Positions 37,489 to 47,518 of a stretch of DNA of 64,000 bases are shown here, one piece after another. A model generated the notes under the pieces. The model ran no database searches and was not told the DNA's origin. It worked only from the letters and a program-made list of their open reading frames with translations. Where the stretch lies: the NCBI GenBank assembly GCA_903857685.1, contig CAIOFO010000019.1, forward strand, positions 289 through 64,288. The letters run 5' to 3'. Positions within the stretch are counted from its first letter, which is position 1; the number at the start of each line of letters is the position of its first letter. Made by a program: the position numbers and the translations under genes. The DNA is from an uncultured Alphaproteobacteria bacterium. GTDB lineage: Bacteria; Pseudomonadota; Alphaproteobacteria; Micropepsales; Micropepsaceae.

Positions 37489-38364
37489 ATGGCACTTGAA
37501 CGTATTGGCATTATCGGGGCGGGACAGATGGGGACCGGTATTGCCCATGTGCTGGCGCTGGCCGGCTACGATGTCGTGCTCGATGATGTGAACAAGGATG
37601 CCTTGGGCAAGGCGCTGGATCGCATCGAAAAGAACATGCAGCGCCAGGCCGCCAAGGGCGCCATCGCCGAGGACGCGATCAAGCCGGCGCTGGCCCGCAT
37701 CCGCACCACCCAGTCGCTGGATGACTTGAAGGACCGCGAGCTGGTGATCGAGGCGGCGACCGAAGACGAAGCGGTCAAGAAGAAGATCTTCCATGAGCTT
37801 TCGCCGCGCCTGAACGACAAGGCGATGATCGCCACCAACACATCATCCATTTCGGTGACGCGCCTTGCCGCCGCCACCGACCGGCCGGAGCGTTTCATCG
37901 GGCTGCATTTCATGAATCCGGTGCCGCTGATGCAGCTGGTGGAAGTGATCCGCGGCATTGCCACCGACGACACCACTTTCCAGGCGGCGCTGGAGATTGT
38001 CCGCCGGGTCGGCAAGACCGCCGCCTATGCCGAGGATTTTCCCGCCTTCATCGTCAACCGCATCATCATGCCGATGATCAATGAGGCGGTTTACACGCTG
38101 TATGAAGGCGTGGGCAATGTGGACGCGATTGATACCGCGATGCGGCTGGGCGCCAATCATCCCATGGGGCCGCTGCAGCTTGCCGATTTTATCGGCCTCG
38201 ATACCTGCCTTGCGGTGATGCAGGTGCTTTATGAAGGCCTGGCGGACTCAAAATACCGCCCTTGCCCGCTGATGGTGAAATATGTCGAGGCTGGATGGCT
38301 GGGCAAGAAAACCGGCCGCGGATTCTACGACTATCGCGGGGAACATCCTGTTCCGACGCGCTAG
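37489..38364 (+). CDS. hbd: 3-hydroxybutyryl-CoA dehydrogenase
   Basis: GAGQMGTGIA, IEAATE, TNTSSIS, GLHFMNP, HPMGPLQLAD. Confidence 0.9.
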   Translation: MALERIGIIGAGQMGTGIAHVLALAGYDVVLDDVNKDALGKALDRIEKNMQRQAAKGAIAEDAIKPALARIRTTQSLDDLKDRELVIEAATEDEAVKKKIFHELSPRLNDKAMIATNTSSISVTRLAAATDRPERFIGLHFMNPVPLMQLVEVIRGIATDDTTFQAALEIVRRVGKTAAYAEDFPAFIVNRIIMPMINEAVYTLYEGVGNVDAIDTAMRLGANHPMGPLQLADFIGLDTCLAVMQVLYEGLADSKYRPCPLMVKYVEAGWLGKKTGRGFYDYRGEHPVPTR

Positions 38365-38903
38365 CTCAGGCTTTTAAAATAAGCGATTGAATCCGGCGAA
38401 TCCCAGGTGGCGGGGCCCTCAGCACGGCCTACGACATTGCCCTTCGGGTCGATGAGAACCGTGGTCGGCAGGCCGAAAGCGCCGAAGGCGCGCATCAGGG
38501 TGATGTCGGTATCCCGGAGCGAACCCAGCACGGCGGCATTATGGGCCTTGAGGAAGCCGGGGGCGTCCACCTGGCCCCGGTCCATGTCCACTGCCAGGAC
38601 GGTCAGGCCGGGGGCGGCCGCTTTCAGCCTTGTCAGCGCGGGCAGCTCGGCGACGCAGGGCGCGCACCAGGTCGCCCACATGTTCAAAAGCACATAATGG
38701 CCCTTGTAGCTGGCCAGGGCGTGGCGCGCCCCGCCGGCGTCGGTAAATGACACTGCCGGCGCTGCTTTGGCGGGTTTCTGCACCGCCATCGGCTTTGGCA
38801 TGGCAGGCCCCGCGTGGACAGGCGGCGCCCCGATCCCATATAGAACCCCCAGTGCCAGCACGGTCAGGACGATAGGGCTGGTTTTTCGGATTTTGCGGTT
38901 CAT
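38361..38903 (-). CDS. tlpA: TlpA-family thiol-disulfide oxidoreductase
   Basis: [26 protein letters not shown]; divergent from argH. Confidence 0.88.
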   Translation of the reverse strand: MNRKIRKTSPIVLTVLALGVLYGIGAPPVHAGPAMPKPMAVQKPAKAAPAVSFTDAGGARHALASYKGHYVLLNMWATWCAPCVAELPALTRLKAAAPGLTVLAVDMDRGQVDAPGFLKAHNAAVLGSLRDTDITLMRAFGAFGLPTTVLIDPKGNVVGRAEGPATWDSPDSIAYFKSLS

Positions 38904-38927
38904 GCTCTGGTTTTCCGGGCGGTCAAG

Positions 38928-40310
38928 ATGAGTTCAAACAAGATGTGGGGCGGGCGGTTTGAATCCGGCCCCGCGGCGATCATGGGGGAGATTACCCCCT
39001 CCATTGATTTCGACAAGCGCCTGGCAGGCGAGGACCTGGCGGGATCAAAGGCGCATGCGCGCATGCTGGCCAGCGAAGGCATTATTTCCAAGGATGACGG
39101 GCAGGCAATATTGAAAGGCCTGGACCAGATTGAAAAGGAAATCGCCGAGGGCGCTTTCAGCTTTAAGCGCGAGCTGGAAGACATTCACCTGAACATCGAG
39201 GCGCGTCTGGCCGAGATCATCGGTCCCGCCGCCGGCAAGCTGCACACCGCGCGGTCGCGCAACGACCAGGTGGTGACGGATTTCCGCCTCTGGGTCCGGG
39301 CCGCCTGCGAGCGTACCGATCACGGCCTTCTGGCGCTGCAGCGGGCGCTGCTGGCGCAGGCGGAAATGCATAGCGGCACCATCATGCCGGGCTTTACCCA
39401 CATGCAGCCGGCCCAGCCGGTCACTTTCGGCCACCACCTGCTGGCCTATGTCGAGATGTTCGGCCGTGACCGGGGCCGCTTCGAGGATGCCCGCAAGCGG
39501 ATGAATGAATCGCCGCTGGGCGCCGCCGCCCTGGCCGGCACCAGCTTTGCGATTGACCGTGACACCACCGCCATGGCGCTGGGCTTCGCCCGGCCGATGC
39601 GCAATTCCATGGATGCGATCTCGGCGCGGGATTTCGCGCTGGAGTATCTGGCGGCGGCAACCATCCTGGCCACCAACCTGTCGCGGATTGCGGGCGAGCT
39701 AGTGCAATGGTCCACGCCCGCTTTCGGATTCGTGAAATTGTCGGACGCCTTCACGACGGGGTCCTCCATCATGCCGCAAAAGCGCAATCCCGATGCCGCC
39801 GAATTGATCCGGGGCAAGACCGGCCGGGTGCTGGGCGATTTCGTGGCGCTGGCGACGGTGGTCAAGGGGCTGGTGCTGGCCTATGGCACCGACCTGCAGG
39901 AAGACAAGGAGCGGGTGTTCGACGCCGCCGACACGATTGAAATTTCGCTGGCGGCGATGGCGGCGATGATCGCCGACCTGACGGCGCAGCCGGACAGGAT
40001 GCGGGCGGCGGCCGAACCGGGCTATCCCACCGCCACCGACCTGGCGGACTGGCTGGTGCGGGTGCTGAAAAAACCCTTCCGCGAGGCGCATCACATCGCC
40101 GGCAGCATCGTCAAGCTGGCCGAGGGCAAGGGCGTCACCCTGGAGCAATTGCCCGTCGCCGACATGCAGACCGTCGAGCCCGCCATTACAAAGGATGTGC
40201 TGGCGGTGCTGTCGCTCGACTCCTCCGTCCATTCGCGCATGAGCCTGGGCGGCACGGCGCCGGCGCGGGTCAAGGAACAGATTGCCTTCTGGAAGGGGCA
40301 GCTGAAATGA
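38928..40310 (+). CDS. argH: Argininosuccinate lyase
   Basis: [34 protein letters not shown]. Confidence 0.97.
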   Translation: MSSNKMWGGRFESGPAAIMGEITPSIDFDKRLAGEDLAGSKAHARMLASEGIISKDDGQAILKGLDQIEKEIAEGAFSFKRELEDIHLNIEARLAEIIGPAAGKLHTARSRNDQVVTDFRLWVRAACERTDHGLLALQRALLAQAEMHSGTIMPGFTHMQPAQPVTFGHHLLAYVEMFGRDRGRFEDARKRMNESPLGAAALAGTSFAIDRDTTAMALGFARPMRNSMDAISARDFALEYLAAATILATNLSRIAGELVQWSTPAFGFVKLSDAFTTGSSIMPQKRNPDAAELIRGKTGRVLGDFVALATVVKGLVLAYGTDLQEDKERVFDAADTIEISLAAMAAMIADLTAQPDRMRAAAEPGYPTATDLADWLVRVLKKPFREAHHIAGSIVKLAEGKGVTLEQLPVADMQTVEPAITKDVLAVLSLDSSVHSRMSLGGTAPARVKEQIAFWKGQLK

Positions 40311-40456
40311 AAACCAGAAGCCTCCTGCTGGTCATCGCGCTTGGCCTCGGTGTTGCCGCCTGCGGCGTGAAAAGCGAACTCACCCGGCCCGACGGCACGC
40401 CGACGCCCAAGGACACGCCCGATCCGTCCAAGCCGCCCTATCCCGTAGGCCGCTAG
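40307..40456 (+). CDS. lptM: Small lipoprotein LptM/YifL (not in ORF track)
   Basis: [19 protein letters not shown]|GVKSELTRP lipobox; conserved position between argH and lysA. Confidence 0.75.
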   Translation: MKTRSLLLVIALGLGVAACGVKSELTRPDGTPTPKDTPDPSKPPYPVGR

Positions 40457-40459
40457 GCG

Positions 40460-41734
40460 ATGAATTATTTTTCCTATCATGACGGCATTCTCAGCGCCGA
40501 AGGGGTATCGCTGGCGGCATTGGCGCGCGAGGTGGGCACGCCCTTCTATTGCTATTCCAGCGCCACCCTGGCGCGGCATTACAAGGTCTTTGCCGAGGCT
40601 CTGCCGCCGGATTCGCTGGTGGCTTTTTCCGTCAAGGCCAACGGCAATCTGGGTGTGCTGAAAACGCTGGCGAAGCTGGGTGCCGGCGCCGATGTGGTGT
40701 CGGGCGGCGAGTTGAAGAAGGCGCGCGCCGCAGGCATCGCCGCGGACAGAATTGTCTTCTCCGGCGTCGGCAAGACCAAGGCCGAGATGCGGCTGGCGTT
40801 GAGCGAGGGAATTTACCAGTTCAATGTCGAAAGCGAACCGGAGCTGGAAGCCCTGAACCAGGTCGCGCTGGAGATGGGCAAGCGCGCGCCGGTGACGCTA
40901 CGCATCAATCCGGATGTGGACGCCAGGACCCATGCCAAGATCACCACCGGCACGGCGGAAACCAAGTTCGGCATTCCCTTCGACCATGCCCGCGAGATTT
41001 ACAAGAAAGCCGCGATGCTGAAAGGCATCGAGATTGTCGGCGTGGACGTGCATATCGGCAGCCAGATCACCGATCTGGAACCGTTTGCCGACGCCTTCGC
41101 TGTCGTGGCGGCTTTGGTGAAAGAATTGCGCGCCGACGGCCACAGCATCAGCCGCCTGGATCTGGGCGGCGGATTGGGCGTGCCTTATGAACAGAATAAT
41201 GTCCCGCCGCCCGACCCCGCCGCATACGGCCAGGTGGTGGCGCGCGCGACGCAAGGCCTGGGCTGCCGCCTGATCTTCGAGCCGGGCCGGCTGATTGCCG
41301 CCAATGCCGGGGTGCTGGTGTCGGAAGTGATTTATGTCAAGCAAGGCGACGCCAAGACCTTTGCGATTATTGACGCCGGGATGAACGACCTGATCCGCCC
41401 GGCCCTGTACGATTCCCATCATGAAATCGTGCCGGTGCGGGAACCCAAGGTCGGCGCTGCGCGAATCCAGTACGATGTGGTGGGGCCGGTGTGCGAAACC
41501 TCCGACCTTTTCGCGGCAAACCGGGCCTTGCCGGAACTGAAAGCCGGCGATTTGGTGGCGATCCTCAGCGCCGGCGCCTATGGCGCGGTGATGGCCTCGG
41601 CCTACAATGCCCGCCCCCCCGCCCCGGAGGTCTTGGTCGCGGGCGATGACTGGGGCATTGTAAGGGCGAGACAGACCCATGACGACCTTATCGCCCAGGA
41701 CAGCATCCCCGGTTGGCTCCGCGACGGATCGTGA
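40460..41734 (+). CDS. lysA: Diaminopimelate decarboxylase
   Basis: FSVKAN (PLP Lys), HIGSQ, LGGG, EPGR, GPVCETSD, GAYG. Confidence 0.96.
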   Translation: MNYFSYHDGILSAEGVSLAALAREVGTPFYCYSSATLARHYKVFAEALPPDSLVAFSVKANGNLGVLKTLAKLGAGADVVSGGELKKARAAGIAADRIVFSGVGKTKAEMRLALSEGIYQFNVESEPELEALNQVALEMGKRAPVTLRINPDVDARTHAKITTGTAETKFGIPFDHAREIYKKAAMLKGIEIVGVDVHIGSQITDLEPFADAFAVVAALVKELRADGHSISRLDLGGGLGVPYEQNNVPPPDPAAYGQVVARATQGLGCRLIFEPGRLIAANAGVLVSEVIYVKQGDAKTFAIIDAGMNDLIRPALYDSHHEIVPVREPKVGAARIQYDVVGPVCETSDLFAANRALPELKAGDLVAILSAGAYGAVMASAYNARPPAPEVLVAGDDWGIVRARQTHDDLIAQDSIPGWLRDGS

Positions 41735-44051
41735 GGCCCGGCTTTCGCGCCTGATCCTGCTGGCGCGGGCCAGCCTGGCCGCCGAGCGCGTGCTGCCTGC
41801 CCTGTGGCCGGCGCTGGGCTTTGCCGGACTTTATTTCGCCGCCGCCCTGTCCGGGCTTTACACCTTTATTCCGTGGACGCTGCAGGCGCTGCTGCTGGCC
41901 GCGGCCATCACCGCCATCGGCCTGTCGCTGGATAGCGGCTTTGCCGGATTCGCCTGGCCCTATTGGAAAGACGGCGCACGGCGGCTGGAGGAACAGAGCG
42001 GCCTCAAGCACCGGCCGATCTCCGAAGGCAAGGACCGGCTGATCGGCGAGGACCCGTTTGCCCGCGAATTGTGGCGGTTGCACCAGGCGCGCAATCTGGC
42101 GCTCGAGAAATTGCAGGTCGGCTTTCCCGCGCCTGATTTGGCCAGTCGTGATCCGCGCCATCTGCGCTATGGCGTGCTTTTGTTGCTGGCGGCTTCGCTG
42201 GTGATTGCGGGCGCGCAGTGGCGGACGCGGCTGCTGCGCGCCTTCGACAGCGGCGCGGGCCTGGCCGTCACCCTGGATGCCTGGGTGGACCCGCCGGCCT
42301 ATACCGGCGTGCCACCGCTTTACCTGGCACCCGGCGACAGCAATGTGATCGCGGTGCCGGCCGGCTCGATCCTCAATCTGCGCGCCCATAACGCGACGCA
42401 CGCGCCGGGCCTGTCGCTGGGCGGAGCGCTGGGATTGAGCACACCGCCGCGTTTCGCCGGCGACAATGGCGAATATGCCGATACTGCGCGCATCGTCGCC
42501 GATGCGCGGGCGCGGGTGCGGGCCGGCGGCCATGTCATCGGCGACTGGCGCCTTCGCGCCATCCCCGACCTGGCACCGGTGATCAGTTTCGACAGCGTGC
42601 CCAGCGCCACCGAGCGCCAGGCGATGAAAATCTCGATCCGCGCCAGCGACGATTATGGCGTGGTGGGCGCCAAGCTGGTGCTGACGCCACATGGCCGCAC
42701 CGGGCCGCCGCTGTCGGTGGACCTGCCGATTCCGGCCGGCAAAAGCGTGACGCAGACAAATTTCGTGGATCTCACCGCCCATCCCTATGCCGGACTGATG
42801 GTGGACGGTCACCTGGAAGCGCGCGACGCCACCGGCCAGGTCGGCAAAAGCCGCGCCATCACCTTTCGCCTGCCGGCGCGGGTGTTCACCGATCCCTTGG
42901 CCCGCGCCCTGATCGAGCAGCGCCAGAACCTGGCGACCAGCGTTGACGCGGCGGGCCGCAAGCTGGTGGCGACCGCGCTGGACGCTTTCGCCATCGCCCC
43001 GGACCAGTTCTATGCCGACAAGCCGGGCCTTTATATGGGCCTGCGCGCCGCCTATTGGGGCACGCGCGGCGCCCGCTCGGCGGAAGACATCGCCCATGTC
43101 GAGGACCTGCTGTGGCAGATGGCGGTGAGCCTGGAGCAGAACGGCCTGCTGGACGCCGCCGCCGAGCTGCGCCGCCTGCAACAGGCCATCACCCAGGCTT
43201 TGGCGCAGCACGCGCCGCAGGACGTGATTGACCAGCTGCTCAAGAAATACGGCGACGCGATGCAGAAGTATGAGCAGGCGCTGGCGAATAATCCTGATCA
43301 GAAAAAACAGCAGCAGATGCAGGATCAGAATTCCAAGACCATCACCCAGAAGGACATTGACGACCTGCTCAAGGAAATCCAGCGTCTGTCGCAGGCAGGC
43401 CAGCGCGAACAGGCGGCGCAGATGATGGCGATGCTGCAGAACATGATGGAAAATCTCCGCATGTCCCAGGGCGGACAAGGCGGCCAGGGCGGCCAGAGCC
43501 AGCAGGGCAAGGCGCTCAACGACGCCATCCAGAAATTCAGCGACATGATGGGCAAGGAGCGCAGCCTGCTCGACAAGACCATGCGGCAGAAGAACGGCAA
43601 CGGCGATCCCAAGGATGGCGGGACGCAAGGGCTGCAGGGGCAGCAAAAGTCCCTGCGCGACCAGCTCAATGCCACGCTGCAGGGGATGGACCCCAAGCTG
43701 CGCGACAAGATGGGCGCCGCCGGTTCGGCAATGGATCAGGCGCAGCAGGCGCTGGGCCAGAAGAATCTGGACAATGCCGGCAACGCGGAAAAGAACGCGC
43801 TCGCCGCCTTGCGCCAGGGCGCTGATGCGCTGGCGAAAGAAGCGCAGGGCCAGAACGGCACCGAGCAGAAGAAAGATGCCGATCCCCTGGGCCGCAACCG
43901 GATCGGCACCGGCGAGAGCACCAAGGTGCCCGCGCTCAGCGACCTGGCGCGGGCGCGCGAGATCCTGCAGGAACTGCGCAAGCGGGCGGGAGAACGCGGC
44001 CGGCCGCAGCAGGAACTGGATTATTACGACAGGCTGTTGAAAGAGTTCTGA
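41679..44051 (+). CDS. TIGR02302/DUF4175 family membrane-anchored coiled-coil protein
   Basis: ERVLPALWP, DPRHLRY, AWVDPPAYTG, Gln-rich tail, DPLGR, RAREILQELRKR...YYDRLL; start uncertain. Confidence 0.85.
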   Translation: MTTLSPRTASPVGSATDREARLSRLILLARASLAAERVLPALWPALGFAGLYFAAALSGLYTFIPWTLQALLLAAAITAIGLSLDSGFAGFAWPYWKDGARRLEEQSGLKHRPISEGKDRLIGEDPFARELWRLHQARNLALEKLQVGFPAPDLASRDPRHLRYGVLLLLAASLVIAGAQWRTRLLRAFDSGAGLAVTLDAWVDPPAYTGVPPLYLAPGDSNVIAVPAGSILNLRAHNATHAPGLSLGGALGLSTPPRFAGDNGEYADTARIVADARARVRAGGHVIGDWRLRAIPDLAPVISFDSVPSATERQAMKISIRASDDYGVVGAKLVLTPHGRTGPPLSVDLPIPAGKSVTQTNFVDLTAHPYAGLMVDGHLEARDATGQVGKSRAITFRLPARVFTDPLARALIEQRQNLATSVDAAGRKLVATALDAFAIAPDQFYADKPGLYMGLRAAYWGTRGARSAEDIAHVEDLLWQMAVSLEQNGLLDAAAELRRLQQAITQALAQHAPQDVIDQLLKKYGDAMQKYEQALANNPDQKKQQQMQDQNSKTITQKDIDDLLKEIQRLSQAGQREQAAQMMAMLQNMMENLRMSQGGQGGQGGQSQQGKALNDAIQKFSDMMGKERSLLDKTMRQKNGNGDPKDGGTQGLQGQQKSLRDQLNATLQGMDPKLRDKMGAAGSAMDQAQQALGQKNLDNAGNAEKNALAALRQGADALAKEAQGQNGTEQKKDADPLGRNRIGTGESTKVPALSDLARAREILQELRKRAGERGRPQQELDYYDRLLKEF

Positions 44052-44095
44052 AGAGTGAGCGGGTGCTCTGCTACGATTTGAGTTATAGTTCCCGC

Positions 44096-45109
44096 ATGCG
44101 CAGACTCTCCAGAACCGCCATCGCAGTCGGACTTGTTGCCGCGCTTGGGGGGCCCGCCGCATCGCAAAGCCTGCCGGATTTCGATTCCTTCATGATATTG
44201 CGGGCAAATGGCGGCGGCGCGGCGGCGGCAAGCGCCGAACAGGCCGCCAATGCGCTCAAGGATTATGACGTCGTCTTCCTCGGCGAATTGCACGATCACA
44301 TCGCCGGTCATCTGGCCGAAATGGCCCTGCTGCGGGCGCTCCACGCGCGCGTTCCCAGGATCGCGCTGTCCATGGAACAGTTCGAGCGCGACGTGCAACC
44401 GGTCGTTGACGATTATCTTGCCGGCAAGATCGGCGAGGAGACGCTGAAGACCAAGGGCCGGGCCTGGAGCAATTACGCCGAGGCTTACCGCCCGCTCGTT
44501 GAATATGCCAAGGATCACGCGCTTCCCGTGATCGCGGCGAACGCGCCTGAAAGCGTGGTGCGCTGTGTCGCCCAGGAAGGCGCCGGCTTTTTGTCAACGC
44601 TTTCGCCCGACAAGCGCGGCTGGGCTGCGGCCGAACTTCACGCCGAAGATGGCCCTTACAAGAAAAAATTCCTGGCGTTCCTGAGCGACGATACGGCGCA
44701 TGGCGAAACGCGCGACACCGAAACCGCAACGGATGCCGGCGAAAGAAGTTTCGCGGCGCAGGTGACGCGGGACGACACCATGGCCGAATCGATCGCCAAT
44801 TACTTGCGCGCCAACCCGGGGCACATGGTTGTGCATGTGACCGGGGCCTTTCATGTCGAGGCGCGGCTGGGCACCATCGAACGCCTGAAAATGCGTGCGC
44901 CGAACTTGAAGGTGGCGCTCATTCTGCCCGCCCTGGCGGACAATCCGCAGGCCCCCGCCATGACAATGGACAAGGCGATGCGCGCCGACTTTGCGATCTT
45001 GCTCAGGCCGGAGCCCGAATCCTATGTCACCGATGAGGAGCGCAAGACCGCAGAAGCCGGCGAAGCGCTGCGCATTCGTGCCGCAACCAGCGGCGGCTGC
45101 AAATCATAG
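44096..45109 (+). CDS. ChaN/EreA-fold exported protein
   Basis: FLGELHD, LSMEQF, WSNYAEAYRP, RDDTMAESI, GAFHV; signal peptide without lipobox Cys. Confidence 0.8.
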   Translation: MRRLSRTAIAVGLVAALGGPAASQSLPDFDSFMILRANGGGAAAASAEQAANALKDYDVVFLGELHDHIAGHLAEMALLRALHARVPRIALSMEQFERDVQPVVDDYLAGKIGEETLKTKGRAWSNYAEAYRPLVEYAKDHALPVIAANAPESVVRCVAQEGAGFLSTLSPDKRGWAAAELHAEDGPYKKKFLAFLSDDTAHGETRDTETATDAGERSFAAQVTRDDTMAESIANYLRANPGHMVVHVTGAFHVEARLGTIERLKMRAPNLKVALILPALADNPQAPAMTMDKAMRADFAILLRPEPESYVTDEERKTAEAGEALRIRAATSGGCKS

Positions 45110-45260
45110 CCGCCAAAGACCCGTATTCGCTGGCATTCCCCGGCGGTTCTGCCGCAACTTAACGCTCTGAAAAGACCCGGTATTCCGTTCGACGCGGCGC
45201 CCATGTTGCCAGTGGCACTACCGTCTGTCTAAGCTAAAAAAAACTAAGGCTGGGGGCCGC

Positions 45261-47342
45261 GTGTCCAGGAAAATCGAAGAAATGCGCGTCCGCGCCAACG
45301 CGGTGCGCCGCCGGCTTGCGCCCCTGCTGCTGGCCTGCGCTTTCGCGGCGCTGCCGGTGGAGCAGGCTTTCGCCCAGGAAGGCATAGACACCTATCCCGC
45401 GGCCTATTTTGCCGGCAACCAGCCTGCCACGGCCTATGACATGGTGGCATTGCTGCCGGGATTCCACCTTCAGATTGGCGATTCCACCGTGCGCGGCTTT
45501 TCCGGCACGGTGGGCAATGTCCTGATCGACGGCCAGCTTCCCACCAGCAAGGATGAGAGCGTCGATCTTCTCCTGCAGCGCATCGCGCCGTCCTCGGTGG
45601 AGCGCATCGAATTGATCCGCGGCGCCGCGGACATGCACGGCTATGCCGTGCTGGCCAATGTCGTGCGCAACAAGGGCGCCGTGCTGCGGGCGCGCGCCGA
45701 ATTGGAAGGCGGCATCACCCATTACGGCACCACCGAGGACAAGGTGGCGATGCATGTGACCCGGCAGGGCGAAAGCTCGACGATAGAGCTGTCGGGAAAT
45801 TGGGGCCGGGATATCGGCGCGCAGAACCAGAACGGATTTGGCACCCGCGTGCGCGTTCTCCCCAACGGCGCGCCGATGCAATTGTCGAATTACAGCTATC
45901 CCCTGCTCACCAACAATTCCGCGGCCAGCGCCTCCTACCGCCAGCCCTTGTGGATCGGCGATCTTTCCCTGGGCGCGGCGTTCAAGCAGAGCCGCGCCTA
46001 TTCCAATGTCAGCGAATCCATCTATTTTCCCGCGGTTTCGCTGGTGACCGGATATGAAAGCAAGCTGGCGCGCAATGGCGAATTGCAGCTGGATTACCAG
46101 CTCCCGCTGGGTGATTTCGGTCAGGTGCAGTTGTTCGGCGTGCACCGCGTCACGGCACAGGACGAGATCAGCCGGACAGCCAATGCGACAAGCGCAAGCG
46201 CGTCGCGCGGGCTGTTCAACCAGCGCGAAGATGTGACGCGGCTGGCCTGGCATTTTTCGCCCGGGTCCTTGAAGCTGGAAGCGGGCGCGGAAGGCTCCAT
46301 CAATGTGCTGAGCAGCCGCAGCACCCTGACGCAGAGCGGCGTATTGGTGATCCTGCCTGCCGCCAATATCCGGTTGGAAGAAAAGCGTCTCGAACTTTTC
46401 TCGACCGCCACCTGGCGCATCAATCCCGCGCTGATGTCGGAGCTGGGCGCGCATTATGAGACCTCGACCCTGACCCAGAGCGGCGACAGCACCCTGACCA
46501 AGGACCTCGGCTATTTCAAACCGCACTGGTTGACGACATGGGATTTCGCACCGGGCCAGGAATTGCGCCTGCTGATGGAGCGCCAGGTCGGGCAGCTGAA
46601 TTTCCGGGATTTTGCCGCCTCAACTTCGCTCAACGGCAATACGATCAATGGCGGCAACAAGAATCTCGAGCCGACCCGCAGCTGGATCGTCTCCCTGGAC
46701 TGGGAACAGCATTTCTGGAAACGCGGCTCGCTGGTGGTGGAAGCCAGGCGTGAAATGATCTCCGACGTCTACGATCATGTGCCGGTATTCGCCGGCACGC
46801 AGGTTTTCAACGCGGCGGGCAATATCGGCTATGGTACCCGCGACGGAGTGCAGGCCAACCTGATCTTGCCGCTGGACGAGGTGGGGCTGGAGGGCGTGAC
46901 GATGACCGCCACGGTGGACGGACATCACAGCCGCGTGCGCGACCCCGCCACCGGTCTCTATCGCCAAATCGGCGGCGGCCAGACATACAGCGCCGCGCAA
47001 TTCGTTTTCGATACAACGGACCAGATTACTTACGATATGCCGTCGAGAAATCTGCGGTTGGGCCTCGACATGCACAGTCATGGCGGCAGTCTGGAAAGCG
47101 ATTCCCGGATCGACGAGATCGATCACAATACCCATGGCGTCAAGGTGGGCGTCTTTGCCGAATACAAACCGACGCGGGACTGGACGATACGCGTGTTCGA
47201 CCGGGACATGCTCCAGACCGCCGGCTACCGGGACCGTTACGTCTTTTCCGGCCTGCGCGGTGTCGCGCCGCTGAGCTATATCGAGTATCGCAACCTGAGC
47301 AATGGCGCCGTGATTGGCCTGGACCTCCAGCACGACTTCTGA
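45261..47342 (+). CDS. TonB-dependent receptor-like outer membrane beta-barrel
   Basis: Signal peptide, plug-like GNVLIDG...VERIELIRG, amphipathic strands, GNKNLEP, terminal Phe. Confidence 0.8.
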   Translation: MSRKIEEMRVRANAVRRRLAPLLLACAFAALPVEQAFAQEGIDTYPAAYFAGNQPATAYDMVALLPGFHLQIGDSTVRGFSGTVGNVLIDGQLPTSKDESVDLLLQRIAPSSVERIELIRGAADMHGYAVLANVVRNKGAVLRARAELEGGITHYGTTEDKVAMHVTRQGESSTIELSGNWGRDIGAQNQNGFGTRVRVLPNGAPMQLSNYSYPLLTNNSAASASYRQPLWIGDLSLGAAFKQSRAYSNVSESIYFPAVSLVTGYESKLARNGELQLDYQLPLGDFGQVQLFGVHRVTAQDEISRTANATSASASRGLFNQREDVTRLAWHFSPGSLKLEAGAEGSINVLSSRSTLTQSGVLVILPAANIRLEEKRLELFSTATWRINPALMSELGAHYETSTLTQSGDSTLTKDLGYFKPHWLTTWDFAPGQELRLLMERQVGQLNFRDFAASTSLNGNTINGGNKNLEPTRSWIVSLDWEQHFWKRGSLVVEARREMISDVYDHVPVFAGTQVFNAAGNIGYGTRDGVQANLILPLDEVGLEGVTMTATVDGHHSRVRDPATGLYRQIGGGQTYSAAQFVFDTTDQITYDMPSRNLRLGLDMHSHGGSLESDSRIDEIDHNTHGVKVGVFAEYKPTRDWTIRVFDRDMLQTAGYRDRYVFSGLRGVAPLSYIEYRNLSNGAVIGLDLQHDF

Positions 47343-47518
47343 TGTGAGGAGCGGCGCGCGAGTTGCCGGGCGCCCGGGCAAGGCGACCGCGAGCAGGCCC
47401 CGTGGATCAGCTTTCGACCCAAAGCGAAAATCCCCGATTGCCTAAGGTCAATGACTGTGAGATTTTTCGGCGGCAGCAGCTCGGCATTTTTTTGCTGAGG
47501 CCGGAGCGCAATTGGCGC

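Noticed and set aside
35774-41734. etfBA-hbd-tlpA-argH-lptM-lysA cluster as a novel system
   Set aside because: Standard conserved alphaproteobacterial gene order
43300-43900. Gln/Gly-rich repeats in the TIGR02302 protein
   Set aside because: Low-complexity linker typical of this family, not a DNA repeat array
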